Of a stretch of DNA of 64,000 nucleotides, positions 19,766-29,211 are shown one piece after another. The stretch comes from Promethearchaeota archaeon (GTDB taxonomy: Archaea > Asgardarchaeota > Lokiarchaeia > Sigyniarchaeales > SOKP01): the NCBI GenBank assembly GCA_048941015.1, contig JBHLNZ010000002.1:1-64000 (forward strand), written 5' to 3'. The notes under the pieces are model-generated. The model ran no database searches and was not told the DNA's origin. It saw only the letters and a program-made list of their open reading frames with translations. Within the stretch, counting starts at the first letter, position 1. Every line of letters begins with the position of its first letter. Made by a program: the position numbers and the translations under genes.

Positions 19766-19933
19766 TATTTTCACTTCGAAAATATTTTAATCTTGACTCT
19801 CAAATGAAATTTTTTGAATTTAAATCTTTTTAGAACGAAAACATCTTAAATTTTTAAGAAAGAAAAATATATTATACATTAATTTTACTATCTAATTCAT
19901 TAAGTAAAAAGCGGGTTAAATAATAGAAATTTT

Positions 19934-20719
19934 ATGGCACAAAAACTAGTTCTTTCTGACAAAATTTATAATATCAATTTTAAAAAAAAAAAAAGTAGTA
20001 TTTTATCAAGATATTATAAATACTTAAACGAGAAAATTCTGGGTTTTCCCGATACTAAAATTATAATTAAGAAATTAAGAGATTATGATAAAAGGATTGA
20101 AATAACTATTAATGGCCCAGAGGAGGTTTTTGTAACAAACATTCTAAAGAAAGAAATCGGTTTTGTTCATCAATTTGATCAGATTAAAGAAAAAAATACG
20201 TATAAAGGAACCATTGTAGATCTCGGTAAGGTAGGTTTTGGAATTTTTGTAGATTGTGCTATTTTAAACCCCGAAGTTGATGTTTTAATTACTTTACATA
20301 CTCTTAGAGAGCAATTATGTAATGGAAAAGAGAAATCTTTAAGAGAAATTATTAAAACCTATGATTTAATAGAAAACTTTCCGCTATTTATACATATAAC
20401 TTCAATTGATCTAAAGAAAAAACAAATTGAAGGTAGAATTGGTGATAGAACAATTGGATTCTTCAAATTTCTATTGAATGAAAAGTTAGATGCGGTTTTA
20501 ATTACTGGAGAAACAAAAGCTCAGCTTAAAAAAGCTTTAATTAAAACAAACCATTATCGCGATATAGCAAAAATTGAAAGATTTGGATTTCTAGAAAATA
20601 TCGTTCTTCTTAAACGAGGAACAAATGCTCCAGGGATTATTAATGAGATAGGCAAGTATCTCAAAGGATGTAAATTAAGTGCGATCAGACCTGATAAGAT
20701 TAGCAAGTTATTTGAATAA
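19934..20719 (+). CDS. conserved archaeal protein (DUF2110-like)
   Basis: GKVGFGIFVD, H.RDI..IER.G.LE, GT.APGII..IG.YL. Confidence 0.7.
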   Translation: MAQKLVLSDKIYNINFKKKKSSILSRYYKYLNEKILGFPDTKIIIKKLRDYDKRIEITINGPEEVFVTNILKKEIGFVHQFDQIKEKNTYKGTIVDLGKVGFGIFVDCAILNPEVDVLITLHTLREQLCNGKEKSLREIIKTYDLIENFPLFIHITSIDLKKKQIEGRIGDRTIGFFKFLLNEKLDAVLITGETKAQLKKALIKTNHYRDIAKIERFGFLENIVLLKRGTNAPGIINEIGKYLKGCKLSAIRPDKISKLFE

Positions 20720-20727
20720 AGCTAAAA

Positions 20728-20830
20728 TGGTGGGCCCAGGGAGGATTGAACTCCCGACCTTCTCGGTGTAAGCGAGATGTTTTTTATTCAATTTCGAAAA
20801 ATTGAATCATAACCACTAGACCATGGGCCC
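20728..20830 (-). tRNA. tRNA-Val(TAC), CCA encoded, 27-nt intron in the D-arm (20781-20807, approx. position 23/24)
   Basis: Acceptor GGGCCCA/TGGGCCC, anticodon arm TCTCG-CTTACAC-CGAGA, T-loop TTCAAT. The insert forms a UUCG hairpin in a relaxed BHB. Confidence 0.9.
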
Positions 20831-20971
20831 TTATTATTCCAATATTAAAATTAGCAATTTATGATATTTTGATATTAATACTTCAAAACTTTAATTATTT
20901 TTTATTTTTTAAATTTTTGAAAATTCATAACGGACGCATACGTTATAAAGACTTTTTATCTTTTTATTGAT

Positions 20972-21817
20972 ATGGTATCAAAAGTACATCCAGATCTTAG
21001 ATGCAATTACTTTGACAGAATAGATTCTAAAGAAAAAGCATATTGGCTTGGATTTATATATGCTGATGGATGTATAAATATAGACAAAAGGAGTGAAGGA
21101 ACAAGGAGATTAATGATTAAAATCAAGAAGGAGGATGACTTTTTAATAAAGGCATTTGCTAAAACAATTAGTTTTAATTCTAATAGAATAAAGTTAAATA
21201 AAAATAATGGAATGCTTAGAATTATAATTGGGAATAAGAAATTAACAAGATATTTAATAAATTGGGGTGTTATTCCTAGAAAATCAAAAGTGATCCAAAT
21301 GCCTAAATTTCAAAAAAGAGAATATTATTTAGCATTTCTCCTTGGATTTTTTGACGTAGATGGAACAGAAGGAACAAGCAAAATTACATCAGGAAGTAAA
21401 AAATTTTTAGAACAAATCAAGCAATTATTTAATTTAAATTTTAAAATTCATCAAAAACAAGGTAAAGGTAAGGGTTATGATTTGTTTTTAGGAAAAGAGT
21501 TGTTTAATGAAATGCTAGATAATTATAAACACAGTTTACCAAGGAAAAGAAATAAATTTTCAATTAATGCAGAGAAAATTAGCAAAATGAAAGTAAATGC
21601 TTGGAAAGGACACCACAAAAGAAAATTTATTATAACTCAAGAAAAATTGGAGATTCTTGTTTGGAAAATACCAAAATCCGAAATTGCGAGAATTTATAAT
21701 GTATCAGATACTACTATTGCGAAATGGTGTAAAAAGTTAGGAATCAAAAGTCCTTCTAGAGGCTATTGGTCGAAGAAGCATAATCAAATAATAGATCATC
21801 AGAATAATGATAAATAA
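20972..21817 (+). CDS. free-standing two-motif LAGLIDADG endonuclease-like protein with C-terminal HTH
   Basis: AYWLGFIYADG and AFLLGFFDVDG; C-terminal KSEIARIYNVSDTTIAKWCKKLGI. Confidence 0.8.
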   Translation: MVSKVHPDLRCNYFDRIDSKEKAYWLGFIYADGCINIDKRSEGTRRLMIKIKKEDDFLIKAFAKTISFNSNRIKLNKNNGMLRIIIGNKKLTRYLINWGVIPRKSKVIQMPKFQKREYYLAFLLGFFDVDGTEGTSKITSGSKKFLEQIKQLFNLNFKIHQKQGKGKGYDLFLGKELFNEMLDNYKHSLPRKRNKFSINAEKISKMKVNAWKGHHKRKFIITQEKLEILVWKIPKSEIARIYNVSDTTIAKWCKKLGIKSPSRGYWSKKHNQIIDHQNNDK

Positions 21818-21933
21818 TAAAAATTAAACTATTTCTATTTATTTAATGAAACAATTTGATTAATTTCAATATTAGATTTTTTTTTAAAAAAGTATTAAAA
21901 TTTTTTATTGTTATTAATTAATTAAGGAAAATT

Positions 21934-22016
21934 GCAAATGTCGCTTAGCCTGGTAGAGCGCTGGTCTGCTAAACCGGTGTCCGATGGACTCGTGGGTTCA
22001 AATCCCACCATTTGCG
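21934..22016 (+). tRNA. tRNA-Ser(GCT)
   Basis: GCAAATG/CATTTGC acceptor, CTGGT-CTGCTAA-ACCGG, long variable arm, GTTCAAATC, G discriminator. Confidence 0.93.
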
Positions 22017-22135
22017 CTTAATTATCTTTCATTCTGAAAAAAATTTGCTAATATCAACATAAAATTTAGATAATTCAGATTACACTTCAAATAATATAAA
22101 AAAAAAGTGAAGTTTATTAAATCAACTTGAATATC

Positions 22136-23317
22136 TTATTTCTTTCTCTCTTTTAAATATCTTCTTATCACTGACTCAATATACCACCAAAATATTCCTG
22201 CAGGAATACATATAATCCAATTAATTATTAGATGTCCAAAGCATGCTATAGAGTCCCCGGTGGAGATACCAAAAATGCTAGCACAGTAATGATTACCGTA
22301 AAGATACTTAACAATTCCGAGATAAAAAATTTGCGTTAATAAAATATGATACGTCGATTTTCCGATTACAATAATTCCTTTGGAAATAAAGTTATCTGAC
22401 TGCTTGGGTAATGCTTTCATAGCAATGAGGAAAAGGAATGCAGAGTAAGGAAATACGAATAAATTATAATCTCCCCGAATAAATGCAAAACGAAAGTCAT
22501 TGAATTGATAATTCCAAAGATAAATTAGACTCAATGGAAATAGGATAAACATAAAAAGATTTTGTTTAGCGAAAATATTAGGATTTCTTGAAAACCACAT
22601 CCCTAAAGCAACGGCAGAGATCATAAATAATATATTTGTAGCGAAAACCATGTATCTGAGTTGAAAATCATAATACGCTTCCCAAGTGGGAAATGGCGGT
22701 GCTCCTATGAAGAAGAAAATGTAAAATTGGATTAAGATTTCAAGAACATAACAAAAGAATAATGTTAATGCAGCCCATATAAGTTTTCCAGAAAATCCTT
22801 TATACAATAAGGGAAGAATAATGATTGCACTAAAAATTACAGGTAAAAACCATATTCCTGGACCGTAAAAAGGTAATATTCCCATTATAAGATGAGGAAA
22901 CTGAAATCTGTTATAATTACCATCAGGATCCCATGTTTGAGTAAGAAACATAGCCTCAAAATTAAAATCATAAAGTATTAACCCAATTATTGTAGAAATT
23001 AAATATAAAATAAGATATGGAAATATATATCGCCAAAACTTACGTTTCCAATAACTCCATGAATAAAATTGCCTTAAAGATGTTTGTCCCCTACTTTTAT
23101 AAGAATAACCAAGGTTAAACCCCATAATCACTAGAAAGATTGGAATTGAAATTCGTTCCCAAAATGAAGCTCCTATCTCACCTTTAATGCTCCACGGAAT
23201 TGTATGATCAAAAATTACCAAGAAAATCATAACTGCTTTTAAAAAATCAATTTGAAAAAGGTGGCTTTTTTCTGATCTCCCTAATTCTTTTTCTTTAAAA
23301 GTCGTTATTTCATTCAA
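22136..23317 (-). CDS. acyltransferase family 3 (OafA-like) membrane protein
   Basis: IDFLKA...LVIFDH, IPIFLVIMG, WFLPV, IGKSTYHILLTQ. Confidence 0.8.
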   Translation of the reverse strand: MNEITTFKEKELGRSEKSHLFQIDFLKAVMIFLVIFDHTIPWSIKGEIGASFWERISIPIFLVIMGFNLGYSYKSRGQTSLRQFYSWSYWKRKFWRYIFPYLILYLISTIIGLILYDFNFEAMFLTQTWDPDGNYNRFQFPHLIMGILPFYGPGIWFLPVIFSAIIILPLLYKGFSGKLIWAALTLFFCYVLEILIQFYIFFFIGAPPFPTWEAYYDFQLRYMVFATNILFMISAVALGMWFSRNPNIFAKQNLFMFILFPLSLIYLWNYQFNDFRFAFIRGDYNLFVFPYSAFLFLIAMKALPKQSDNFISKGIIVIGKSTYHILLTQIFYLGIVKYLYGNHYCASIFGISTGDSIACFGHLIINWIICIPAGIFWWYIESVIRRYLKERKK

Positions 23318-23527
23318 ATTTAATCATTTTATTAATTTTTGGTTTAAATTTAATATGATTTGTTATTTTCAAAATCATATCAACTTTAAAGTGTTACTAT
23401 AAATAGATTGATTTTAACAATTTTGTTAAATACAATTATGATAAATTATTTTTTAAAATTAAAAAATAATAAGAACAGGTTTAATTAATTGAATAAAATA
23501 AGTGATTACACTTTCTGTTAACTCAAT

Positions 23528-24010
23528 TTATTCTGAAATGATTTCGAATACCATTTTCTCAATAATTGGTTTTTTAGTATATCTTTTATCATAATACCAA
23601 CCAACTAAATGAGGTTGTAATTCTTTATCTGGAAGGTTAGGAACTACTATTATCATTACACCATTTGAAAGGTATTTTAATATTCTTTTATCAATTTGAT
23701 GTAGTTTTTCATTACCAGAAGGATGAGAATGCCATTGCCATACTATATCAACTCCCATTTCTTGTTTAAACTTCCGCATGTTGTAAATTTTTGATTTTTT
23801 ATAACGCATCCAGCTTCTAGGTTTTACATGAGCTTTAGTTCTCCTTAGATCGGGATTCATTATAAATTTACTGACAATACCGAAGTTTTCTTTACGATCC
23901 GCAAAAAGCCATCCGTGTATAATATAAGGATACTCTTCAGCAGCTTTTTGAGTAATTTCATTAAAAATACGTTCGGGTATCAAATATCTAAAATCCTTAG
24001 TCGCACTCAT
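23528..24010 (-). CDS. JAB/MPN domain protein with degenerate JAMM motif
   Basis: WHSHP....L...D motif; N-terminal helix followed by YP...HGWL. Confidence 0.7.
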   Translation of the reverse strand: MSATKDFRYLIPERIFNEITQKAAEEYPYIIHGWLFADRKENFGIVSKFIMNPDLRRTKAHVKPRSWMRYKKSKIYNMRKFKQEMGVDIVWQWHSHPSGNEKLHQIDKRILKYLSNGVMIIVVPNLPDKELQPHLVGWYYDKRYTKKPIIEKMVFEIISE

Positions 24011-24149
24011 TATGTATCTTCCTCAAATATGAACCAATGAAGGATAAAATTTATATTTTTCTTTAAATAGATTATCAGCTGAATTATATTACAAGGAAGA
24101 ATAAAAAAAGATTTATTTTAGTTAATATACTCATATTTAATACCCATAA

Positions 24150-24157
24150 TTTATAAA
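24150..24157 (+). promoter_or_regulatory. putative TATA box for the tRNA-Ser/tRNA-Lys pair
   Basis: TTTATAAA about 30 nt upstream of the tRNA; weak evidence in AT-rich DNA. Confidence 0.35.
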
Positions 24158-24187
24158 GAACTCACTAATAAGAAGAAATTTAACAAC

Positions 24188-24292
24188 GCAGACGTAGCCT
24201 AGTTGGTAAGACGCCGGCCTTGAGATTTTTATGATCTAAACAACATAGCCGGTGCGCGTAAGCGCTCGGGGGTTCGAGTCCCTCCGTCTGCG
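24188..24292 (+). tRNA. tRNA-Ser(TGA) with 22-nt intron at canonical 37/38 (24225-24246)
   Basis: GCAGACG/CGTCTGC acceptor, CCGGC-CTTGAG^A-GCCGG after intron removal, long variable arm GCGC-GTAA-GCGC. Confidence 0.9.
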
Positions 24293-24324
24293 CTAGTTAT
24301 TGGAATTAAGATTTAATCCATTAT

Positions 24325-24398
24325 GGGCTATTGGCGCAGGCAGGTAGCGCAACCGGCTCTTAACCGGCAGGTCGGGGGTTCGAATCCCTCATAGCCCG
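24325..24398 (+). tRNA. tRNA-Lys(CTT)
   Basis: GGGCTAT/ATAGCCC acceptor, CCGG-CTCTTAA-CCGG, GTTCGAATC. Confidence 0.93.
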
Positions 24399-24473
24399 CT
24401 ATAATTTTTAATCTTTTTTAGGTCATGTTTTTGTTCATTTAGAAATCTCGCAATGAAGAGATTCTTAAAAAAT

Positions 24474-25430
24474 TTATAAATATTTAAATATAATCTCGAA
24501 ATCAGAAAAATCAAAAGGCTTTAAGATATAACCATCTGCTAATGTTTCTTGTATTTTTTTTTTAACCTCCGAACCTGGTATAGCAGTTAATAGAAATACG
24601 GGTATGTTTTTAGTTCTATTATTAGACTTTATCATTTTACAGATTTCATATCCATTATAATCAGGTAATATTATATCCAGCAAAATTACTTTAGGCGAAT
24701 TATTTCTTAATTCTTCTAAACCTTTCGAGCCACTAATTACACCATTACAACTATAATTCTTACTTTCGAAATAACTGGTAAGCAATCGAATTGTTGCCAA
24801 ATCGTCTTCAATTAAGAGTATATCATATTGGGAAGCTTCAATTTTAATATCTTCTAGAATGTTTATGATTTTATTTTCAAGCAAGATCGATTGATCAAAT
24901 ATGTTTTGAATGGTAGATAAGATATTTTCGTCAAGAGTTTTCTTATAATTCTCAAGTAATAACTGAGAAAAGCCCTTTATCGAAGTTAATGGCTCTTTTA
25001 ATGCATGAGAAAGATTTGTAAGAACTTTATTATCTAATATATTTAAATTATCTCCAATTATGCTAGATTTCTGGTCTATAAAATAATCAACCGCTTCACG
25101 TATTAATTTTGAAATTGTATTATATTTATCTTTATTTATATCAATAAATTCTTGCCAATCTGATTTTGTTTGTTCCTCAACATATAAAGAAATACGTTCC
25201 TTATCTCGATCATAAATCTTCTCTCCTTTTAACCATTTTTTAAATGCTTCTGTTATTTGATCACGCCATATCGCATTTTTACCTGTTTCTTCTTCATATT
25301 GTTCCATTAATTTTTTGACTTTATCATTCTTTAAATCTAAGTTTTCTATCTCTTCATCAGGTAAAAGAGGATCACGATGTTTATCTTCATGATTAACGTT
25401 AATATTTTCATCCTTAGCTATGAATAACAC
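24474..25430 (-). CDS. RHH - HisKA - receiver domain protein (no HATPase), paralog 1
   Basis: ERISLYV...ISKLIREAV (RHH), SHALKEPLTSIKG (H-box), IEDD/LLDI/KPF (REC); start uncertain. Confidence 0.8.
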   Translation of the reverse strand: MLFIAKDENINVNHEDKHRDPLLPDEEIENLDLKNDKVKKLMEQYEEETGKNAIWRDQITEAFKKWLKGEKIYDRDKERISLYVEEQTKSDWQEFIDINKDKYNTISKLIREAVDYFIDQKSSIIGDNLNILDNKVLTNLSHALKEPLTSIKGFSQLLLENYKKTLDENILSTIQNIFDQSILLENKIINILEDIKIEASQYDILLIEDDLATIRLLTSYFESKNYSCNGVISGSKGLEELRNNSPKVILLDIILPDYNGYEICKMIKSNNRTKNIPVFLLTAIPGSEVKKKIQETLADGYILKPFDFSDFEIIFKYL

Positions 25431-25612
25431 CTATTTTTTAATACGTTTGAAAGCTCTTTGATTTCAATTTTGTGAATATTATTTAAATTATTACAAAAAA
25501 AAATAATTTTTTATCACTAAAAATACTTTATATTTTTTTTCAATTACTTTTTTTGTAAAGGAATTATTATTTTGAAATCTTTTTTTCAAAAATACAATAA
25601 AAACAGATTTAA

Positions 25613-26617
25613 CTATTTTATTACTCCATTTAATATTTCAAAAATTATTTCAAAATCCGAGAAATTAAATGGTTTTAAAATGTAACCATCGGCTCTCGTT
25701 TCATCTAAGTGTCTTTCGACTTCAGATCCAGATATTGCAGTAAGAAAATAAATAGGTATTTTTTTAAATTCTTTATCAGATTTGATTGTTTTACATATAT
25801 CATAGCCACTTAAATCAGGTAAAATTATATCTAATAATATTATTTTAGGTTGAGCTCTCCCTAACTCTTCCAAGCCTTTAGAACCACTAACGACACCTTT
25901 ACAAGCATATCCTTTACTCTCGAAATAACTAGTAATTAATCGGATTGTAGCAAGGTCATCTTCAATTAATAAAATATCATAAGCATGGTTCTGCATTTTA
26001 ATGTTATCTAAAAAGTTTACAATTCTATTTTCAAGAAGATTGCTCTGATCTAGAATACTTTTTAATTTTTCCTTAATATCTTCATTTAATTTATTTTTAT
26101 AGCTTTCATTCTCAAAAAGAAACTGAGAATACCCTTTAATTGAGGTTAAAGGTTCTTTTAAATCGTGTGAAATGTCAGAAATAGTTTTTTTATCCAATTT
26201 AGATAATTTACTTATTGCTTTATCTGAATCATCTATAAATGTTTTAACGCTTTGTCTTATCAGCTCTGAAAAGGATGGAAAATCATCCTTATGGGTATTT
26301 ATGAATTCTTGCCATTTCTCTTTTGTATCTTCAGATACATAAAGGGAGATTCTTTCTTTATCACGTGTGTAAATCTTTTCTCCTTTTAACCATTTTTTAA
26401 ATGCTTCAGTCACTTGACTACGCCACACAGCATATTTATCTGTTTCCTTTTGATATTTTTTCATTAACTTTTTAACTTTTTCACTTTCTAAATCTAAATT
26501 ATCAATTTCTTCATCTGATAAAGAAATTTTCTCATTTGAATTTGATGTTTCGTTCTCATTCTCATTGATTTCTTCTTTTTTGTCCTCTGAACTCTTATTC
26601 TCTTTTACTATCGGCAT
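25613..26617 (-). CDS. RHH - HisKA - receiver domain protein (no HATPase), paralog 2
   Basis: Same architecture, SHDLKEPLTSIKG; long identical stretches shared with the neighbour. Confidence 0.8.
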   Translation of the reverse strand: MPIVKENKSSEDKKEEINENENETSNSNEKISLSDEEIDNLDLESEKVKKLMKKYQKETDKYAVWRSQVTEAFKKWLKGEKIYTRDKERISLYVSEDTKEKWQEFINTHKDDFPSFSELIRQSVKTFIDDSDKAISKLSKLDKKTISDISHDLKEPLTSIKGYSQFLFENESYKNKLNEDIKEKLKSILDQSNLLENRIVNFLDNIKMQNHAYDILLIEDDLATIRLITSYFESKGYACKGVVSGSKGLEELGRAQPKIILLDIILPDLSGYDICKTIKSDKEFKKIPIYFLTAISGSEVERHLDETRADGYILKPFNFSDFEIIFEILNGVIK

Positions 26618-27113
26618 TTCACCTTATTGATCAATATATTAAAAAATTCTTTTTACCACAAAATATCTATTAGTTCTGAATTAATTAATTCAAAAATAAA
26701 AAAAAAGTAAGATTATTTAATTCTATCCAAAAAGAAAACTGTTTTATCCATGTATAAAAACAAATTAGATCTAAATATTTCGGATAAAGGCTACCAGTAA
26801 ATTTTGCTAATTTGTCGTGTGAAAAAAAAGAGAACTTTTTACCTTTCATTTCAAAAAAAATTGATTATAATGAGGACATACCTATGTGATATATCTATTT
26901 TTAAAGAATTAATTTACAAATTTTGTCATAAAAATTTTTATATTCATGAACGATCATTTCTGATAACAAAAAGATTTAAATATGAATTTTGAATATTAAA
27001 GAGTAACAAAAAAAAAATTGTGTGTACAAAAATAAATATTTTATGTTCAAAAAATTCCCGTGAAAAAAAATATTTTGTATCTAATTTATGGTTATGATTG
27101 AGGTATTTATAAT

Positions 27114-28004
27114 ATGGTTGTTGAAATAGATGTTACACAAAATTTTTGCCCAGAATGTGGAGGTTCTACAATAGCTATCGAAGAAAGAGGAGAAACAGTA
27201 TGTCAGGCTTGTGGATTAGTTGTTGGAGAAAGAGGCCTAGATATCACTCATAGCGGAATCAGGGCATATTCAAAACATGAAAAAGACAAAAAAGAAAGAA
27301 CAGGATCTCCAATGTCAATTTTGATGCCTGATATTGGATTAAGTACAATAATAGATAGAACCAAAATTAAAAATCCTGATCTAAGACGTGCTGCGAAATG
27401 GAACACTCATTTATCCTGGGAAAAGAGAAATATGTTGATGGCGATAACAGAATTAAAACGGATAGGAGGCAATTTAAATTTTCCCGAGCGTGTAAAAAAA
27501 TCTGCTGTTCGACTTTATAAGGAAGTATTTAAAAGGCAATTATTACGCGGGAGGTCAATAAATGGAATGGTAGCCGCATGTGCTTATTATGCTTGTAAAG
27601 ATGAGAAGGTTCCTATAACACTTCAAGAGATTTTAGAGGAGGCATCTATTAATGATAACATTGTAAAGAAATGTTATAAGATTTTAGTCCGTGAATTAAA
27701 CTTAAAAATTTCTCATATTGATCCTGTATCATTAATCCCACGATACTGTGCTGATTTGAGTTTAGGAATTGAAGTAGAAAAAGAAGCTATGCGGGTTTTA
27801 CAAAATTTTATTAATAAAACTTCAATTTCTGGCAAAGATCCAAAAGGTTTATGTGCGGGAGCTATTTATTTAGTCTCTAAGATTAGAAATGTAAAAGTAA
27901 GTCAAAAAGATATTTCAGGTATTGTAGGTGTCACAGAAGTGACATTACGTTCAAGATATAAAGAATTATTAAAAAATATAAGTTTTAATTTTCGAGCAGA
28001 TTAA
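27114..28004 (+). CDS. tfb: transcription initiation factor IIB
   Basis: CPECG..ERGETVC..CG zinc ribbon, ERTG.P, RGRS, GK.P.GL.AGA.Y, VTEVTLR.RYKEL. Confidence 0.95.
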   Translation: MVVEIDVTQNFCPECGGSTIAIEERGETVCQACGLVVGERGLDITHSGIRAYSKHEKDKKERTGSPMSILMPDIGLSTIIDRTKIKNPDLRRAAKWNTHLSWEKRNMLMAITELKRIGGNLNFPERVKKSAVRLYKEVFKRQLLRGRSINGMVAACAYYACKDEKVPITLQEILEEASINDNIVKKCYKILVRELNLKISHIDPVSLIPRYCADLSLGIEVEKEAMRVLQNFINKTSISGKDPKGLCAGAIYLVSKIRNVKVSQKDISGIVGVTEVTLRSRYKELLKNISFNFRAD

Positions 28005-28040
28005 AAATATTTTTTCTATGTTTTTTTTTATAGGAGAAAA

Positions 28041-29129
28041 TTACAAATTTTCTCGAAACCAAGTTTTTGAATATTCAAAAAATTTTTTGTATCCCTCACA
28101 ATAAAAAGATCTATCTGGATGGGGATTGTCTGGAAATATCCGATCTTTAATACAGCCTCCATTACATAAACTTAACCAATCACAATTTAAACATTCTTTT
28201 GAAAGTTTCTGCTTCCTTAACCCAAATTTGTTATCTCTTTTATTTTTCAATTCAGATAAACTTAATTCTGCTAAATTTCCGAGTCTTTCTTCTTTTTGAG
28301 CAAAAAAGTCACAAGGATAGACATCTCCATTATATTCAACTAATAAATAATCTGCACATTTTTCTTCTAATACGCACAATCCTCTTGGTAGTTTATTATG
28401 ATACGCTATAATACTATTAAATAATCTTATTGAAGTTTTATCTGGATCTTTACTCCAAAGATCAAAAAATTCACATAAGAATCGTCCATATTGAGAAGAA
28501 TTTATAGAATAAGATGCTCTTTTGCCATTTTGATATACCTCAAGTGCAGGAATAAATTGTAAATGATAAAAACCATTCTCTATAAAAAAATCATAAAGTT
28601 CTTTAACCTGATTAACGTTTGATCTACTCACAACACATAGAATATTAAATTCCACTTTATTTTTTCTCATAGAATCAGCGGCATTCATAACTTTCTGCCA
28701 TACAGACTTTTTACCTTTGCTTTTTCGATATTTATCATGAATTCGCTTTGGACCGTCTAAACTTAGACCAATCAAAAATTTATAGTTATAAAAAAATTCA
28801 CACCAATCATCATTAATAAGGATTCCATTTGTTTGAAACGCATTTCCTATAACTTGACCAGGTTCTCCATGTTTTTGTTGAAACTTAACAACTTTTTTAA
28901 AGAAATTTAACCCAGCTAAAGTTGGTTCTCCACCTTGCCAACCAAAAATTGATTCTTTAAATCTAAATCTAAGAAATTGTGAAACCATCCGATCAAGAAT
29001 ATTATAACTCATTCTAGGGTGTTTAGATTTGGGGTATAATTCTTCAACTCTAAGATAAAAGCAATATGTACATCTCAAATTGCAGTCAAAAGAAACAGGT
29101 TTAATGAGTAATTGAAAAGGTTTCATCAA
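28041..29129 (-). CDS. anaerobic sulfatase maturase-like radical SAM/SPASM protein
   Basis: KP...CNLRCTYCFY, WQGGEPTL, GDVYPCD, C..C.....CNGGC.K. Confidence 0.88.
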   Translation of the reverse strand: MMKPFQLLIKPVSFDCNLRCTYCFYLRVEELYPKSKHPRMSYNILDRMVSQFLRFRFKESIFGWQGGEPTLAGLNFFKKVVKFQQKHGEPGQVIGNAFQTNGILINDDWCEFFYNYKFLIGLSLDGPKRIHDKYRKSKGKKSVWQKVMNAADSMRKNKVEFNILCVVSRSNVNQVKELYDFFIENGFYHLQFIPALEVYQNGKRASYSINSSQYGRFLCEFFDLWSKDPDKTSIRLFNSIIAYHNKLPRGLCVLEEKCADYLLVEYNGDVYPCDFFAQKEERLGNLAELSLSELKNKRDNKFGLRKQKLSKECLNCDWLSLCNGGCIKDRIFPDNPHPDRSFYCEGYKKFFEYSKTWFRENL

Positions 29130-29211
29130 TTTGCATTAAAATTTGTAGTGAATAATAATTTAATATTGGAACAGAGTAACACAGATCAATTGCGCATGGT
29201 CTTTTCTAAAT

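Noticed and set aside
24188-24292. tRNA-Sec interpretation of the TGA-containing tRNA
   Set aside because: The anticodon is TGA (reads UCA, Ser), not TCA, and the acceptor stem is a normal 7 bp.
26804-26992. 62-aa ORF upstream of tfb
   Set aside because: Lies in an AT-rich divergent promoter region, has a TTG start and no recognisable features.
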